64,000 bases of DNA from Escherichia phage vB_EcoM-RPN226. Shown piece by piece: positions 20,312-30,813 of this stretch. The stretch lies in sequence record OL770073.2. One strand, given 5' to 3'. Position 1 is the stretch's first letter. Each line of letters begins with the position of its first letter. Both the position numbers and the translations under genes were made by a program. Below the pieces are notes generated by a model. The model worked only from the letters and a program-made list of their open reading frames with translations. It did no database searches and had not been told where the DNA came from.

Positions 20312-21405
20312 TAAAAAGTCCCCGCATATAAAGAAGCACGGTTTAACGTGATAATTTCTCTCATAGTAATCTCAAGAGTAAATGTACTAGGGAGGTTTGG
20401 AGCAATAGCTAATCCGTTAAAGTTACCATTAGGTGTTTTATCAAATCTGATGCTCTGTATTTGGCATGGGCCAAATATTTCCGTTTTTCCATCAAACTTA
20501 GATGTTGCGCCAAAGTTTTTCACCATCCAAATTGTCGGGTTTGAAACTACTAGAACGTTAGTTAAACTCGATGTCATTTTCTCAAATAGTGTTTTATTTT
20601 TAGCTGCGTCTTCCGGAGATAAAGGTTCAATTAAAGTAGAACGATACCAATCATCTAAATACCCCTTTATTTCAGCAGCATATTGAGATTTACCCGTTTC
20701 ACCATAAGAAAAATAGTTAAAATATTGATAGATATTAATAATAGCCATTAAATCTTCTGTTGAACGTGGCGTCAAATCCCATGTAAACACTTTAGTTCTA
20801 TTCTCAGCACCGCCATACATACTTCTGGCTGTCGTATAAATCTGTTCATTATTATCAGCCATTATACCTTGCGTTATACTTTCCAGTGCCCCAAATACTG
20901 CAGTTGAAGCAATATTACTTAACACGCCAGTAGCAGTACCTCCGCCTCTGCTGATAAGGCTTTCTTGGACATCGTTAAATCTATGTGATGATGTATCAAC
21001 GTCAGATTTAGATCTCGGTAAAAGAATATTTGCCACAGGAGCTTTACTTATTGTTCCTGAATTATTGTTTGATATTAATCCATTTGATAGTTTTGATACT
21101 GTACTACTAATAGTGTTTCTAGCTGTACTTAAAATACTCGAAGATGAAGAAGAGTAGTTAGATCTCATCGATCTAAGACTTCCAGAATCCCTAGATGACA
21201 TATTGTATGCAGTAAATAATAATCCATTCTTATATAGATCTGTTACCTGGAAGTCCCCTGTAGTGTCATTACCACTAGCACGCCCAGTTGGAAACTGGGC
21301 AGTGTATGTTTTAGTTACTACTTCTGATTTAGTACTCTGTCCGGCTGAAATTTTCTCACCGGACTTTTTAATTAAATCAGCAGTTATTTCTTTAACAATT
21401 GCCAT
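20311..21405 (-). CDS. 48: baseplate tail-tube cap gp48
   Basis: 364 aa, same length as T4 gp48; synteny. Confidence 0.85.
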   Translation of the reverse strand: MAIVKEITADLIKKSGEKISAGQSTKSEVVTKTYTAQFPTGRASGNDTTGDFQVTDLYKNGLLFTAYNMSSRDSGSLRSMRSNYSSSSSSILSTARNTISSTVSKLSNGLISNNNSGTISKAPVANILLPRSKSDVDTSSHRFNDVQESLISRGGGTATGVLSNIASTAVFGALESITQGIMADNNEQIYTTARSMYGGAENRTKVFTWDLTPRSTEDLMAIINIYQYFNYFSYGETGKSQYAAEIKGYLDDWYRSTLIEPLSPEDAAKNKTLFEKMTSSLTNVLVVSNPTIWMVKNFGATSKFDGKTEIFGPCQIQSIRFDKTPNGNFNGLAIAPNLPSTFTLEITMREIITLNRASLYAGTF

Positions 21406-21413
21406 ATTATTCC

Positions 21414-23186
21414 TTAATTAACTCCGGTCGCATCAAATACACCAGGAGCAGTCGTGCTCGTTACGGGTGTCATATTATGAACGACAGTATTTTTCTTAAC
21501 AACATTATTAGTATTATTGATCGAAGGAGATGCTTGTTGAACAGGAGCTTGCTGTGCTTTGTTCTTTTCTATTACCTGGACTTGTTTTGCTTCTGGCGAT
21601 TTAGCAGAAGTTTCAGGTTTGGCATTAGGCTGATTTTTCTTGAGCTCTTGATAAGTAGCATCAATTTTAGAAAATCTAGCAGCAAGTTCTTTTTTAACTG
21701 CCGGTGAATTATTTAAATCTGGGTCATCCATCCGTTTTTTAAGGTCTTCATAGGCAGCTTCAACTGATTTAACTGTTGAGTCTTTACTCATATCAGCCGA
21801 ATCAGCATATTTTTCAAAGCGAATCATCGCGGCGCGCGCTTCATTAGCCTTCATTAAAGCATTTTTTCTTTCTTCAGGTGAAAGTTGCTTTAATTTTTCT
21901 TCTTCTGCTGCACGTTCTTCGTCGGTAGTTAGTGCTTCTTTATTATCAACGCCACGAATCCAGTTAGATGCACGAGTTTTCCAGTTCGCAATTTTGTCTA
22001 GTCCTTCTGCTATTGGACCAAGGTCTCCATTCATTCGTTTATCTTGATAATTTGCAACTTTTTCCTGGTCTTCTTTATTGAGAGATGCTCCAGTAGAGTT
22101 TTGGAAATTTTCTAGCGCTCTTCCTTCTACTTCATCAGCGGTATCCTTCATACCAGGAATAACTCGAAGAATTGCCGCAGATAATTTAGCCATTCCAAGC
22201 TGAATAAGTTCTCCTAAATTATAAAGAACCTTTCCAAGCCCTTCTACAATAGCTACTGTCAATCCGCCCCAATCTCCAGCTTCCCAGAATTTTTTAATTT
22301 CATCAATAGAACTAAAGATGCTCTGTAATAAAGGACCCCATGTTCCGGTTTCGCTAGAGAATTTAGTAAAATCTGTACTAAACAAATCCCAAGCCTGTGA
22401 AAATTTATCTGACCAATATTTGAAATGAACCATCAGCAGGTCTATTCCGACAACAACAGCCAATATCATTGCTGTCATTTTAGCAGCTTCAATAGCAGCA
22501 CTGACGGTATACTTAAATAGCATGCTTGATATTTTATCAGTAATTGAAATAGATTTCTTAAATCCGAAATCAACAGTCTTTGTTAATTTATCTAAAGCTT
22601 GAGATAATTTTAAGTTAAATGCGTCTTTTTTCTGTTTTTCTTCTGGTGATTCTTGTTTGGGTTCAACTGGCTGAGGGGTAGGGAAAAAATCAGCATCAGG
22701 ATCATTATTAACTGCTTCAGGAGCTGGTAATAAAGGACCCACAGATTCAGCTGTATCGTCCTCAACAACTTTAACAGGAATAGCGCTTTCAACCGTGGCT
22801 AAACTAGTTCCTGTTTGTTGAATTCCGGCTGTCTGGATTTTTTGCTCGAGTAAACTTGTTAATTTATCTAATTTGCTCCCGAGCGATTCACCGATTTCTT
22901 TATTAATATTATTGCCAATTTCGACAGTTTCAGCAATTAACTCAGAACCGGCAGTAGTATCACTCACTGCGCTTTCTACGTTGTCAATTGCTCCAATTAT
23001 TTCATTCGATTTTTCTTCGACAGTTTGAGCAATTAATTCAGAAGCAGCTTGAGCATCATCCAATTTCGTAGATATATCGTTAAGTCCAGATAAAGTGTTA
23101 GAAGCGGATTTAGCCGCTTCCTGTGTTGGTTTATTATCTGAAATAACTTTTCTACGCATCGTTTGCATTTCTTGTGGCTTTTTCAT
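21414..23186 (-). CDS. 29: baseplate hub / tail length determinator gp29
   Basis: 590 aa, same length as T4 gp29; synteny. Confidence 0.85.
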   Translation of the reverse strand: MKKPQEMQTMRRKVISDNKPTQEAAKSASNTLSGLNDISTKLDDAQAASELIAQTVEEKSNEIIGAIDNVESAVSDTTAGSELIAETVEIGNNINKEIGESLGSKLDKLTSLLEQKIQTAGIQQTGTSLATVESAIPVKVVEDDTAESVGPLLPAPEAVNNDPDADFFPTPQPVEPKQESPEEKQKKDAFNLKLSQALDKLTKTVDFGFKKSISITDKISSMLFKYTVSAAIEAAKMTAMILAVVVGIDLLMVHFKYWSDKFSQAWDLFSTDFTKFSSETGTWGPLLQSIFSSIDEIKKFWEAGDWGGLTVAIVEGLGKVLYNLGELIQLGMAKLSAAILRVIPGMKDTADEVEGRALENFQNSTGASLNKEDQEKVANYQDKRMNGDLGPIAEGLDKIANWKTRASNWIRGVDNKEALTTDEERAAEEEKLKQLSPEERKNALMKANEARAAMIRFEKYADSADMSKDSTVKSVEAAYEDLKKRMDDPDLNNSPAVKKELAARFSKIDATYQELKKNQPNAKPETSAKSPEAKQVQVIEKNKAQQAPVQQASPSINNTNNVVKKNTVVHNMTPVTSTTAPGVFDATGVN

Positions 23187-23716
23187 TCAAATAATCCAAT
23201 AATATTGCCAATTCCGGTTATTGGACCATTAGGGCCAGGAATTGCTAAAGTTGTAAAAATATCATTTGCCCATTTTAAAACGAATGCTGGCATCTCAAGA
23301 AAATTAATTTCTTTAACTTCATCATTGACCTTAAGCAAGCATTTGGATAACATATCGCTCACCGTTAAAAATTGTTCAAATTTTCCAGGAGGTCTAAAAT
23401 AAAATGTATTTCCTTGGTATTGAAATTCCAATCTTTGGCATACATAAACATCATTAATGTCATAAGTATAACCATCTATTTCTTTACGAGATTTAATCTT
23501 TCCATTAAATTCCAATAGATGAATAGAAACGAAATCAACTTCTGCCGGTGATAAATTCGGACAAATAGAATCAATAAGAAGTTTTAAATTTTCATCAGGA
23601 CCTTTAACATCTTTTAAAATGTTATAATGTTTAAGACCCATTTTAGGAATAGAAACTTCTTTATTGCTTATTGGAAGAACTACTTTCTTCAGTGGTAGTA
23701 TCAGATTTAAATTCAT
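23183..23716 (-). CDS. 28: baseplate hub distal subunit gp28
   Basis: 177 aa, same length as T4 gp28. Confidence 0.85.
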   Translation of the reverse strand: MNLNLILPLKKVVLPISNKEVSIPKMGLKHYNILKDVKGPDENLKLLIDSICPNLSPAEVDFVSIHLLEFNGKIKSRKEIDGYTYDINDVYVCQRLEFQYQGNTFYFRPPGKFEQFLTVSDMLSKCLLKVNDEVKEINFLEMPAFVLKWANDIFTTLAIPGPNGPITGIGNIIGLFE

Positions 23717-24836
23717 TTTTAACCTTAACTGGGTCTATTGTTTCCAGTTTCGTTGCATTAGTGAACATATATAGATGAGTTACTGAATTATTATTTGATA
23801 ATTCATGGATGACTTCATCAACGTAAAATTCTGTTTTAAATTGGTTTTTACTATCATTAAAAATAATTTTAACGCCAGGTGTCAAGTTAAAATTACCGAC
23901 AGTAGAACATTTAGCATAACCATCGTATTGTGCCATAGTTTGAAGACGAATAGCTTCTTCATATCCATTCCTATAAGTCATTTCAGAATAAGCACCTGAC
24001 CTTGATACTACAATAGAGTTTTCGCCCTTTCCTGTAGTAATCATTGGCAATGAAGAATCTAAAAATGAATGAGCATAGATAGTAGCGTTTTTCATTGGGT
24101 CACGTTTGTGAGGATTTGATTTAGTCAACCAAACGAAATCATATGCTAATGGATATTTTAATTCTTGGATGAATTGACCTATTAAAGATGGCTCACCGAC
24201 AATCATTGGATACGGTTCTTGATTTATCATCATATCATAGTCCATCATGTTAACTCCCATGATGTCTTGCCACACAAATACAAATTTGTCACTTCCTACA
24301 GCTAGAGCAACTTCTCTGACATATGACAAATAGTTTTCAAATGTGCTAGTCCATGGAATATCAGGAACATAAGCATTTATAGCATTTATTGCTGGAGTTA
24401 ATAACGTGCGATCCTGATAAATGACACCAAGCATTTCCTTTATAGATTCACCTGCATCAGAGAAAAACGGTCTGCCAAATTTAAGATTTTCTATAGAATG
24501 AATAGTTCCCAATTCAATAGCAATGATGTTATCACCCTTTGAATCTACTGACACGGAAAAATGCTTACATCCATAAATTCGTGTTTTAACATTATTAATA
24601 TCGTTTGCATTAGCTACAGAAATCTGAATTATTTCATTTCCATCCATTTTTGTATGGATATTTTTAGAATCATAAAACTGCAGCATTCCTTCATTTCGGC
24701 CATAAAGAGAATCCCGCATAGTTAATGTGGTAATAGTAGCAGCTAATTCAACAAATCTATTATTACTCCAAGCGTCGTAGCTATCAAATAATTTAACGCT
24801 GAGATTTGGATATCCAGGGCGTTGCAGCATACTCAT
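23661..24836 (-). CDS. 27: baseplate hub subunit gp27
   Basis: 391 aa, same length as T4 gp27. Confidence 0.88.
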   Translation of the reverse strand: MSMLQRPGYPNLSVKLFDSYDAWSNNRFVELAATITTLTMRDSLYGRNEGMLQFYDSKNIHTKMDGNEIIQISVANANDINNVKTRIYGCKHFSVSVDSKGDNIIAIELGTIHSIENLKFGRPFFSDAGESIKEMLGVIYQDRTLLTPAINAINAYVPDIPWTSTFENYLSYVREVALAVGSDKFVFVWQDIMGVNMMDYDMMINQEPYPMIVGEPSLIGQFIQELKYPLAYDFVWLTKSNPHKRDPMKNATIYAHSFLDSSLPMITTGKGENSIVVSRSGAYSEMTYRNGYEEAIRLQTMAQYDGYAKCSTVGNFNLTPGVKIIFNDSKNQFKTEFYVDEVIHELSNNNSVTHLYMFTNATKLETIDPVKVKNEFKSDTTTEESSSSNKQ

Positions 24837-25585
24837 TATTGTTTATCCTTCTCAATCAGTTTTAATACGAATCCGCGCTCGGCAGGAATCATTTTCATTA
24901 TTGAATTTAAGCTATAATTACTTTTTACGAGCGTGTGATTGATTTGATAAAAAGTAAATATTTCATCTGGGTTAACTAATAGCTTAAACACATCTACTAT
25001 ATCAGTGTATTTTTTTACATACTTATTACAACATGACATATGCAATGTTAAATTAATAGGATTCATTGCATCGAGAATTTTTTCTAATGTTTCTATCTCG
25101 ATGGCATCAACAAGTTCTATTTGACTTGATTCGCTAATTTCATTCCAATCATACCACATTTCATCTACTTGAACGGAATGAATATTTTCAGTAATCATCT
25201 TTGCTTTATTTTCATAAAACTCAGAAGGAAACTTTAATTTAATTTTAACATTAGCTACATCAAAAACAGGTTCCTTTAATTCTTTTTGATATATTTCAAA
25301 TGGAACTGTCTTTTCTTTTTTACATTTTGGACATACAAATGTGACCGGTACTTTAGTTTTACCTATTGACCCTACAAATACCTGCAAAAATATAAATGGT
25401 TGCCAAGTCTTCGGATAGTCTCCAAAATAATCAGCAATTAAATCAGCAATTATTTCTTTTTGTTCTTGTGGTGACCGATGTTCTATATCGTTTCGAACTA
25501 ACAAAAAATCTCGATAATCTTCTACCGTAAATGGTTTAAAACGATGAACACCATCTGGTAATTTACAACGAATAATGTTTGCCAT
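24836..25585 (-). CDS. 51: baseplate hub assembly catalyst gp51
   Basis: 249 aa, same length as T4 gp51. Confidence 0.85.
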   Translation of the reverse strand: MANIIRCKLPDGVHRFKPFTVEDYRDFLLVRNDIEHRSPQEQKEIIADLIADYFGDYPKTWQPFIFLQVFVGSIGKTKVPVTFVCPKCKKEKTVPFEIYQKELKEPVFDVANVKIKLKFPSEFYENKAKMITENIHSVQVDEMWYDWNEISESSQIELVDAIEIETLEKILDAMNPINLTLHMSCCNKYVKKYTDIVDVFKLLVNPDEIFTFYQINHTLVKSNYSLNSIMKMIPAERGFVLKLIEKDKQ

Positions 25586-25602
25586 AGATGCTCCTTTTAT
25601 TC

Positions 25603-25614
25603 TATTTATAAATA
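25603..25614. promoter_or_regulatory. overlapping divergent late promoters (TATTTATAAATA) for gene 51 and gene 26
   Basis: TATTTATA (minus-strand TATAAATA) and TATAAATA share the central TATA. Confidence 0.55.
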
Positions 25615-25635
25615 TGATAAATAAAGGAGCTAAAT

Positions 25636-26262
25636 ATGTATGAATACAAATTTGATGTGAGAGTTGGTTCTAAAATAATCAACTGTCGCGCATTTACTCT
25701 TAAAGAATATCTAGAACTTATTACTGCTAAAAAGAACGGTTCAGTAGAAGAGATCGTTAAAAAGCTAATTAAAGACTGTACAAATGCAAAAGATTTAAAC
25801 CGCCAAGAATCAGAACTACTATTGATTCATTTATGGGCGCATTCTCTTGGAGAAGTTAATCACGAAAACTCCTGGAAGTGCACCTGTGGAACTGAAATAC
25901 CAACCCATATAAATCTATTACATACGCAAATAGATGCACCAGAAGACCTCTGGTATACACTAGGTGACATTAAAATTAAGTTCCATTACCCTAAAATTTT
26001 TGATGATAAAAATATAGCCCACATGATAGTATCATGTATAGAAACAATTCATGCTAACGGTGAAAGCATTCCAATTGAAGACTTGAATGAAAAAGAGTTG
26101 GAAGATTTATATTCTATCATCACAGAGTCAGATATTGTAGCTATAAAAGATATGCTTTTAAAGCCTACTGTTTATTTGGCTGTTCCAATTAAGTGTCCAG
26201 AGTGTGGAAAAACTCACGCTCATGTAATAAGAGGACTCAAAGAATTCTTTGAGCTATTGTAA
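25636..26262 (+). CDS. 26: baseplate hub subunit gp26
   Basis: 208 aa, same length as T4 gp26; AGGAGC RBS. Confidence 0.85.
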   Translation: MYEYKFDVRVGSKIINCRAFTLKEYLELITAKKNGSVEEIVKKLIKDCTNAKDLNRQESELLLIHLWAHSLGEVNHENSWKCTCGTEIPTHINLLHTQIDAPEDLWYTLGDIKIKFHYPKIFDDKNIAHMIVSCIETIHANGESIPIEDLNEKELEDLYSIITESDIVAIKDMLLKPTVYLAVPIKCPECGKTHAHVIRGLKEFFELL

Positions 26263-26660
26263 TGGCAAATATTAATAAGCTTTATTCTGACATTGACCCA
26301 GAAATGAAAATGGATTGGGACAAAGATGTTTCTAGATCTCTTGGATTAAGGTCAATCAAAAATAGCCTTTTGGGAATTATTACAACCAGAAAAGGGTCAA
26401 GACCATTTGACCCAGAATTTGGATGCGATTTATCTGATCAGCTTTTTGAGAATATGACTCCTCTTACTGCTGATACTGTTGAGCGTAACATTGAAAGCGC
26501 AGTAAGAAACTACGAGCCACGTATTGATAAATTAGCAGTTAATGTAATACCAGTTTATGATGATTATACTCTGATAGTAGAAATACGCTTTTCGGTCATC
26601 GATAACCCTGATGATATTGAGCAGATAAAACTACAACTGGCTTCCAGTAACAGAGTATAA
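26262..26660 (+). CDS. 25: baseplate wedge subunit gp25
   Basis: 132 aa, same length as T4 gp25. Confidence 0.88.
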   Translation: MANINKLYSDIDPEMKMDWDKDVSRSLGLRSIKNSLLGIITTRKGSRPFDPEFGCDLSDQLFENMTPLTADTVERNIESAVRNYEPRIDKLAVNVIPVYDDYTLIVEIRFSVIDNPDDIEQIKLQLASSNRV

Positions 26661-26686
26661 TGCTTCACGTATAAACGTGGTATAAT
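26661..26686 (+). promoter_or_regulatory. MotA-dependent middle promoter of uvsY (TGCTTCA box, 13 nt, TATAAT); candidate oriF(uvsY)-type origin promoter
   Basis: ATGCTTCACGTATAAACGTGGTATAAT about 40 nt upstream of uvsY. Confidence 0.5.
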
Positions 26687-26726
26687 GAATCTAAGTCCAT
26701 CCAATAACAATTGAATAGAGAACAAT

Positions 26727-27140
26727 ATGAGATTAGAAGATCTTCAAGAAGAATTGAAGAAAGATGTGTTTATAGATTCGACTAAATTACAGTATGAAGC
26801 AGCTAATAATGTGATGTTATATAGTAAATGGCTCAATAAGCATTCAAGTATTAAAAAGGAAATGCTTAGAATTGAAGCGCAGAAAAAAGTTGCTCTTAAA
26901 GCTAAATTAGACTACTACTCGGGACGAGGAGATGGTGATGAATTTAGTATGGACCGTTATGAGAAATCAGAAATGAAGACAGTTCTATCAGCTGATAAGG
27001 ATGTTTTAAAAGTTGATACTTCATTACAATATTGGGGAATTTTATTAGATTTCTGTAGCGGAGCTCTTGATGCTATTAAATCACGTGGATTTGCTATTAA
27101 GCATATTCAAGACATGCGAGCATTTGAGGCTGGAAAATAA
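26727..27140 (+). CDS. uvsY: recombination mediator UvsY
   Basis: 137 aa, same length as T4 UvsY. Confidence 0.88.
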   Translation: MRLEDLQEELKKDVFIDSTKLQYEAANNVMLYSKWLNKHSSIKKEMLRIEAQKKVALKAKLDYYSGRGDGDEFSMDRYEKSEMKTVLSADKDVLKVDTSLQYWGILLDFCSGALDAIKSRGFAIKHIQDMRAFEAGK

Positions 27141-27364
27141 TGAAATATAGCATTGATGATGCTTTTAATTATGAAGAAGAATTCGAAACGGAAATTCAAT
27201 TCTTAATGAAAAAGTATAATCTCAAGCGCCAGGATATTCGTATCCTGGCCGACCACCCGTGCGGTGAAGATGTACTTTATATTAAAGGAAAATTTGCCGG
27301 ATATCTTGATGAATATTTTTATTCTAAAGATATGGGCATTGATATGCATATGAGAGTTATATAA
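27140..27364 (+). CDS. hypothetical protein (uvsY.-1-like)
   Basis: 74-aa ORF, stop/start coupled to uvsY. Confidence 0.55.
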   Translation: MKYSIDDAFNYEEEFETEIQFLMKKYNLKRQDIRILADHPCGEDVLYIKGKFAGYLDEYFYSKDMGIDMHMRVI

Positions 27365-27367
27365 ATA
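27360..27367 (+). promoter_or_regulatory. late promoter-like TATAAATA upstream of the uvsY.-2-like ORF
   Basis: exact TATAAATA about 25 nt before the ATG at 27393. Confidence 0.35.
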
Positions 27368-27392
27368 GATATATAATTTAGAGGAGACAATC

Positions 27393-27560
27393 ATGTCAGA
27401 TAAGATTTGTGTTGTCTGTAAAACTCCAATCGATTCTGCATTGGTTGTTGAAACAGACAAAGGTCCTGTACATCCTGGGCCTTGCTATAATTACATTAAA
27501 GAACTACCAGTTTCAGAAAGTTCGGAAGAACAATTAAATGAAACACAACTTTTGCTATAG
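27393..27560 (+). CDS. small Cys-containing protein (uvsY.-2-like)
   Basis: 55-aa ORF MSDKICVVCKTPID with GAGGAGA RBS; not in the supplied ORF track because under 60 aa. Confidence 0.45.
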   Translation: MSDKICVVCKTPIDSALVVETDKGPVHPGPCYNYIKELPVSESSEEQLNETQLLL

Positions 27561-27583
27561 TGTGACCTTTAGTCTATAGTTTT

Positions 27584-27613
27584 GGCCCTTCCTTTTTGGT
27601 TGGGCCTTTTTTT
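27584..27613 (+). terminator. imperfect hairpin (GGCCC ... GGGCC) followed by T7
   Basis: stem-loop plus TTTTTTT between convergent transcription units. Confidence 0.4.
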
Positions 27614-27616
27614 AAT

Positions 27617-27847
27617 TTAAAAGCTTTCTTCTACTTCATCGTCTGAATCTTCTAATTCAGCTCTTTTTCCTGCCAAAGCATCTCTCACAGAGATGTCATC
27701 AGTATCTTTTAATTCAGTTTCTTTAACTCTTTTCTTGTAATAAGCTTCAAGTTCTTCTAGACCTTCTAATGTTTGACAAGAGGCAATTTTACCCATAAAT
27801 TCATCAATAGAAGCTTCATAAAGAAATTGTTTAAATTTTAGTAACAT
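27617..27847 (-). CDS. uvsW.1: UvsW.1 small acidic protein
   Basis: 76 aa from MLLKFKQFLYEASIDEF (internal ATG of the 80-aa track ORF); acidic C-terminus. Confidence 0.75.
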   Translation of the reverse strand: MLLKFKQFLYEASIDEFMGKIASCQTLEGLEELEAYYKKRVKETELKDTDDISVRDALAGKRAELEDSDDEVEESF

Positions 27848-27872
27848 CTTTTTCTCCAAAGGGCCGGAGCCC

Positions 27873-28565
27873 TTATAAATTAACTGTTTTTCTAAGTATT
27901 CTTAGTTTGTACATTGATAATCCAGTAGCTTTAGAAGCATCTTTCATGCATTTATACTTAACACCATTTACTTCTATAGGTTTAGCAGCTGGGTTATTAG
28001 CTCCTGAATTATCTGGCATGTTATCTTTAATTTTCTGAATAGATTTAGCGGAATGTTTCCTTCCGTACATGCCGTTATTTTTACCCGATTGATTGATCGA
28101 ATGTAATCTTTTAGCTTCTTCAGTCCATTTCGTTGGGTTCATTCTTTTAGTTTTACTAATTTTATTTCCCCATGTAATTGGACGACTTTTCATGAGTTTT
28201 GACATATATTGTTTATGTTCTTCCGTATGGTGTTTTCCGTAAAATGGATTACCTTCGCCGGATTGAAGTTCTGCCATTTTACGACGTTCCCATGCGTAAG
28301 ATTTATTGACGTGTCTTTCATGAGTATTTGAATTCATTCCCATACATATAACGGCTTTAATTATACCGTAATGGTTTGGATGAATTTTAGCTAAAAGTTT
28401 ATGGGCTATAAAATGTTCTTCAGCCGTTAGTTCTACTAAATTACACTTATCATTTGTACCACCCATGCATCTAGGAATTATATGATGAGTTTCAGTGTAT
28501 CCATTAAGGCGAGCCCGATTCTGGGCTCTATTAATTAAATTATCATATATTAATTTATAATTCAA
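27873..28565 (-). CDS. HNH homing endonuclease (Mob-like) between uvsW and uvsW.1
   Basis: 230-aa ORF; YTETHHIIP...EEHFIAH HNH motif; NUMOD-like GNPFYGKHH and NGMYGRKHS repeats; C-terminal VNGVKYKCMKDASKATGLS HTH-like tail; apparent TTG start after AAGAGG. Confidence 0.75.
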   Translation of the reverse strand: MNYKLIYDNLINRAQNRARLNGYTETHHIIPRCMGGTNDKCNLVELTAEEHFIAHKLLAKIHPNHYGIIKAVICMGMNSNTHERHVNKSYAWERRKMAELQSGEGNPFYGKHHTEEHKQYMSKLMKSRPITWGNKISKTKRMNPTKWTEEAKRLHSINQSGKNNGMYGRKHSAKSIQKIKDNMPDNSGANNPAAKPIEVNGVKYKCMKDASKATGLSMYKLRILRKTVNL

Positions 28566-30073
28566 AGTTTAACCTCTTTCATCACATAATTGAACTTCTC
28601 ATCAGCATAACGCTGAATACGATCAAGTCCATGTTTTAAAAGATAGTTTAAATGCGAGTATTTTTTAGAAGATGTTTTTGATTTAGAAACTACGCCCGCG
28701 TCATCTATGAGGTCCCAGACCGTTGCTATTGTCTTAGAACCATGCTTACGTAATACGCGACCTATTGTTTGCAATACAATAATTTTAGATTTAACGCCGT
28801 GCGCTAAAACAACATGATGCAGATTTTTAACTGAAATACCAGTAGAAAATACACCATAACTAGCTACTATAATTATTCCTTTACCGTTTTCAGCTAGGGT
28901 TTTCATTACGTTGCGTGTTTCGGTATCAACTTCCCCTGATACGTAATAAACTTTATCGTATTCATTTTTAATTAAATCGAAAATAGCTTTACCGTGCGAT
29001 ACGTGTTTAAACATGACAAAAGCGTTTTCATCTTTTTGTGCAAGTTTAATAGCTAATTTAGCGATCCATTTATTTCTTTTACTGAGCCCAGTAATAATTT
29101 TTATTTCTTCTTGGTAAGTTTTTCCCTTTAATTTAGTAGTGAACTCATCGGGATAGCGAAGAAAAATACTATTAATTTTTAACTCAGTTACTTGTCCATC
29201 TTCCATTAATTTAGAAGTCGTTACTGGCTTAAATATTTCACCAAACATTCCAACATACTGCATGATATTGGCTTTGCCATCGCGTAATGAACCCGATAGA
29301 CCAAATTTGAACATGCAGTTATTTAAACCTGATATGATAGATGAAATACTTTTTCCTGTAGCAAGATGGCATTCATCATTCATCATCATTCCAAACTGTG
29401 AGAACCATTCTTTCGGTTGTTTTACTACAGTTTGCCATGTACCAACAACGACTGGTGCATCATTTTTATATTTATCATCTTTTGATGCTCCACCGCCAAT
29501 TTTCTTTATCATTGTATGACTGAATAAACGATAGTCAACGAAGTCATCAGCCATCTGAGTTGTCAGAGCCGTTGTTGGAACAATGATAAGAATTTTACCT
29601 TCATAATTTTCCAAATAATAACGTGCAAGCAAAGCTTGAATTAAAGATTTACCTGCAGATGTTGGAAGATTAAGAATTCTACGACGATTAACTAATCCTT
29701 CGAACACTGCATCTTTTTGATACCAGTGTGGTTCAATTCTTTTATTTCCTGAATAGATTTCTAATTTAGAAAGCCATTCATCAAAATCTTTTCTTGATAA
29801 TTCTTCTTTTTCGTTAATTTGCGGGTCAATCCAAGCTTTATAGCCAAAGTTATCGCAGAACTTTTTAATTTGCCCGACTAAGCCGAATGGAAGAAGACGA
29901 TTATAATCTAAAAGACGGATTCGTCCATCCCAGTTGCCATATCTGAAGCGAGGATTAAAACGATACCCATCAGCTTCAAAGCTAAAGAAATCACGGAGTT
30001 CATGAAATGTACTTTCTTCACAATCAATTCTCACGTGACTAAAATCATAAAAATGTACTTTAATGTCAGTCAT
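28562..30073 (-). CDS. uvsW: UvsW DNA/RNA helicase
   Basis: 503 aa; Walker A (TSAGKS) and DECH helicase motifs; matches T4 UvsW. Confidence 0.92.
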   Translation of the reverse strand: MTDIKVHFYDFSHVRIDCEESTFHELRDFFSFEADGYRFNPRFRYGNWDGRIRLLDYNRLLPFGLVGQIKKFCDNFGYKAWIDPQINEKEELSRKDFDEWLSKLEIYSGNKRIEPHWYQKDAVFEGLVNRRRILNLPTSAGKSLIQALLARYYLENYEGKILIIVPTTALTTQMADDFVDYRLFSHTMIKKIGGGASKDDKYKNDAPVVVGTWQTVVKQPKEWFSQFGMMMNDECHLATGKSISSIISGLNNCMFKFGLSGSLRDGKANIMQYVGMFGEIFKPVTTSKLMEDGQVTELKINSIFLRYPDEFTTKLKGKTYQEEIKIITGLSKRNKWIAKLAIKLAQKDENAFVMFKHVSHGKAIFDLIKNEYDKVYYVSGEVDTETRNVMKTLAENGKGIIIVASYGVFSTGISVKNLHHVVLAHGVKSKIIVLQTIGRVLRKHGSKTIATVWDLIDDAGVVSKSKTSSKKYSHLNYLLKHGLDRIQRYADEKFNYVMKEVKL

Positions 30074-30102
30074 GTCTAAATACCATGTAATAAATATATC
30101 TA

Positions 30103-30110
30103 TATTTATA
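30103..30110 (-). promoter_or_regulatory. late promoter TATAAATA (minus strand) upstream of uvsW
   Basis: plus strand TATTTATA about 30 nt upstream of the uvsW start. Confidence 0.5.
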
Positions 30111-30123
30111 CTGAGGAAATATT

Positions 30124-30804
30124 ATGATAGATAAAGATTATATTGCAGAGCTGAAGGCTCTTGATGATAATAAAGAAGCTAAGGCTAAATTAGCTGAATA
30201 TGCTGAACAGTTTGGTATAAAGGTCAAAAAGAATAAATCTTTTGATAATATCGTTATTGATATTGAAGAAGCCCTCCAGAAGCTCGCTAGTGAACCTATG
30301 CCAGAGACTGATGGGTTATCTATTAAAGACTTAATTAATGCTGCTGATGCCGCAGACGGATTAAAATATGACGATGAAGAAGTCAATCCAGAGGCAGCAC
30401 TTCTGATTGATTCTCCAGTTAAATCTGACATTAAAATTGAAGTAGTCGAAACGGATAAAATTCCCGAAAATACCGATGTTTTGATTGAAGATACTCCTTT
30501 TGTTGAAGAAAAATTCGAGAAGGCTGTAGCTGAGATTATTGAATCTGAAAAGCCGTCTGTATTTACTCTTCCGGAAAACTTTAGTCCGAATCTTCAGCTG
30601 ATTGGAAAAAATCCAGGATTCTGTACTGTTCCTTGGTGGATTTATCAGTGGATTGCTGAAACTCCGGATTGGAAATCTCACCCAACTAGTTTTGAACATG
30701 CGTCGGCACACCAAACTTTATTTAGCTTAATTTATTACATTAATCGCGACGGATCAGTTCTAATTCGTGAAACACGCAATTCTTCTTTCGTAACATTAAA
30801 ATAA
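30124..30804 (+). CDS. inh: Inh, inhibitor of prohead protease gp21
   Basis: 226-aa acidic protein adjacent to hoc, in the T4 inh (hoc.1) position. Confidence 0.7.
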   Translation: MIDKDYIAELKALDDNKEAKAKLAEYAEQFGIKVKKNKSFDNIVIDIEEALQKLASEPMPETDGLSIKDLINAADAADGLKYDDEEVNPEAALLIDSPVKSDIKIEVVETDKIPENTDVLIEDTPFVEEKFEKAVAEIIESEKPSVFTLPENFSPNLQLIGKNPGFCTVPWWIYQWIAETPDWKSHPTSFEHASAHQTLFSLIYYINRDGSVLIRETRNSSFVTLK

Positions 30805-30813
30805 GGATAACTT

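Noticed and set aside
27852-27872. GGGCCGGAGCCC hairpin between the HNH stop and the uvsW.1 start
   Set aside because: Short stem with no U-run and overlapping the uvsW.1 RBS; more likely a translational-coupling structure than a terminator.
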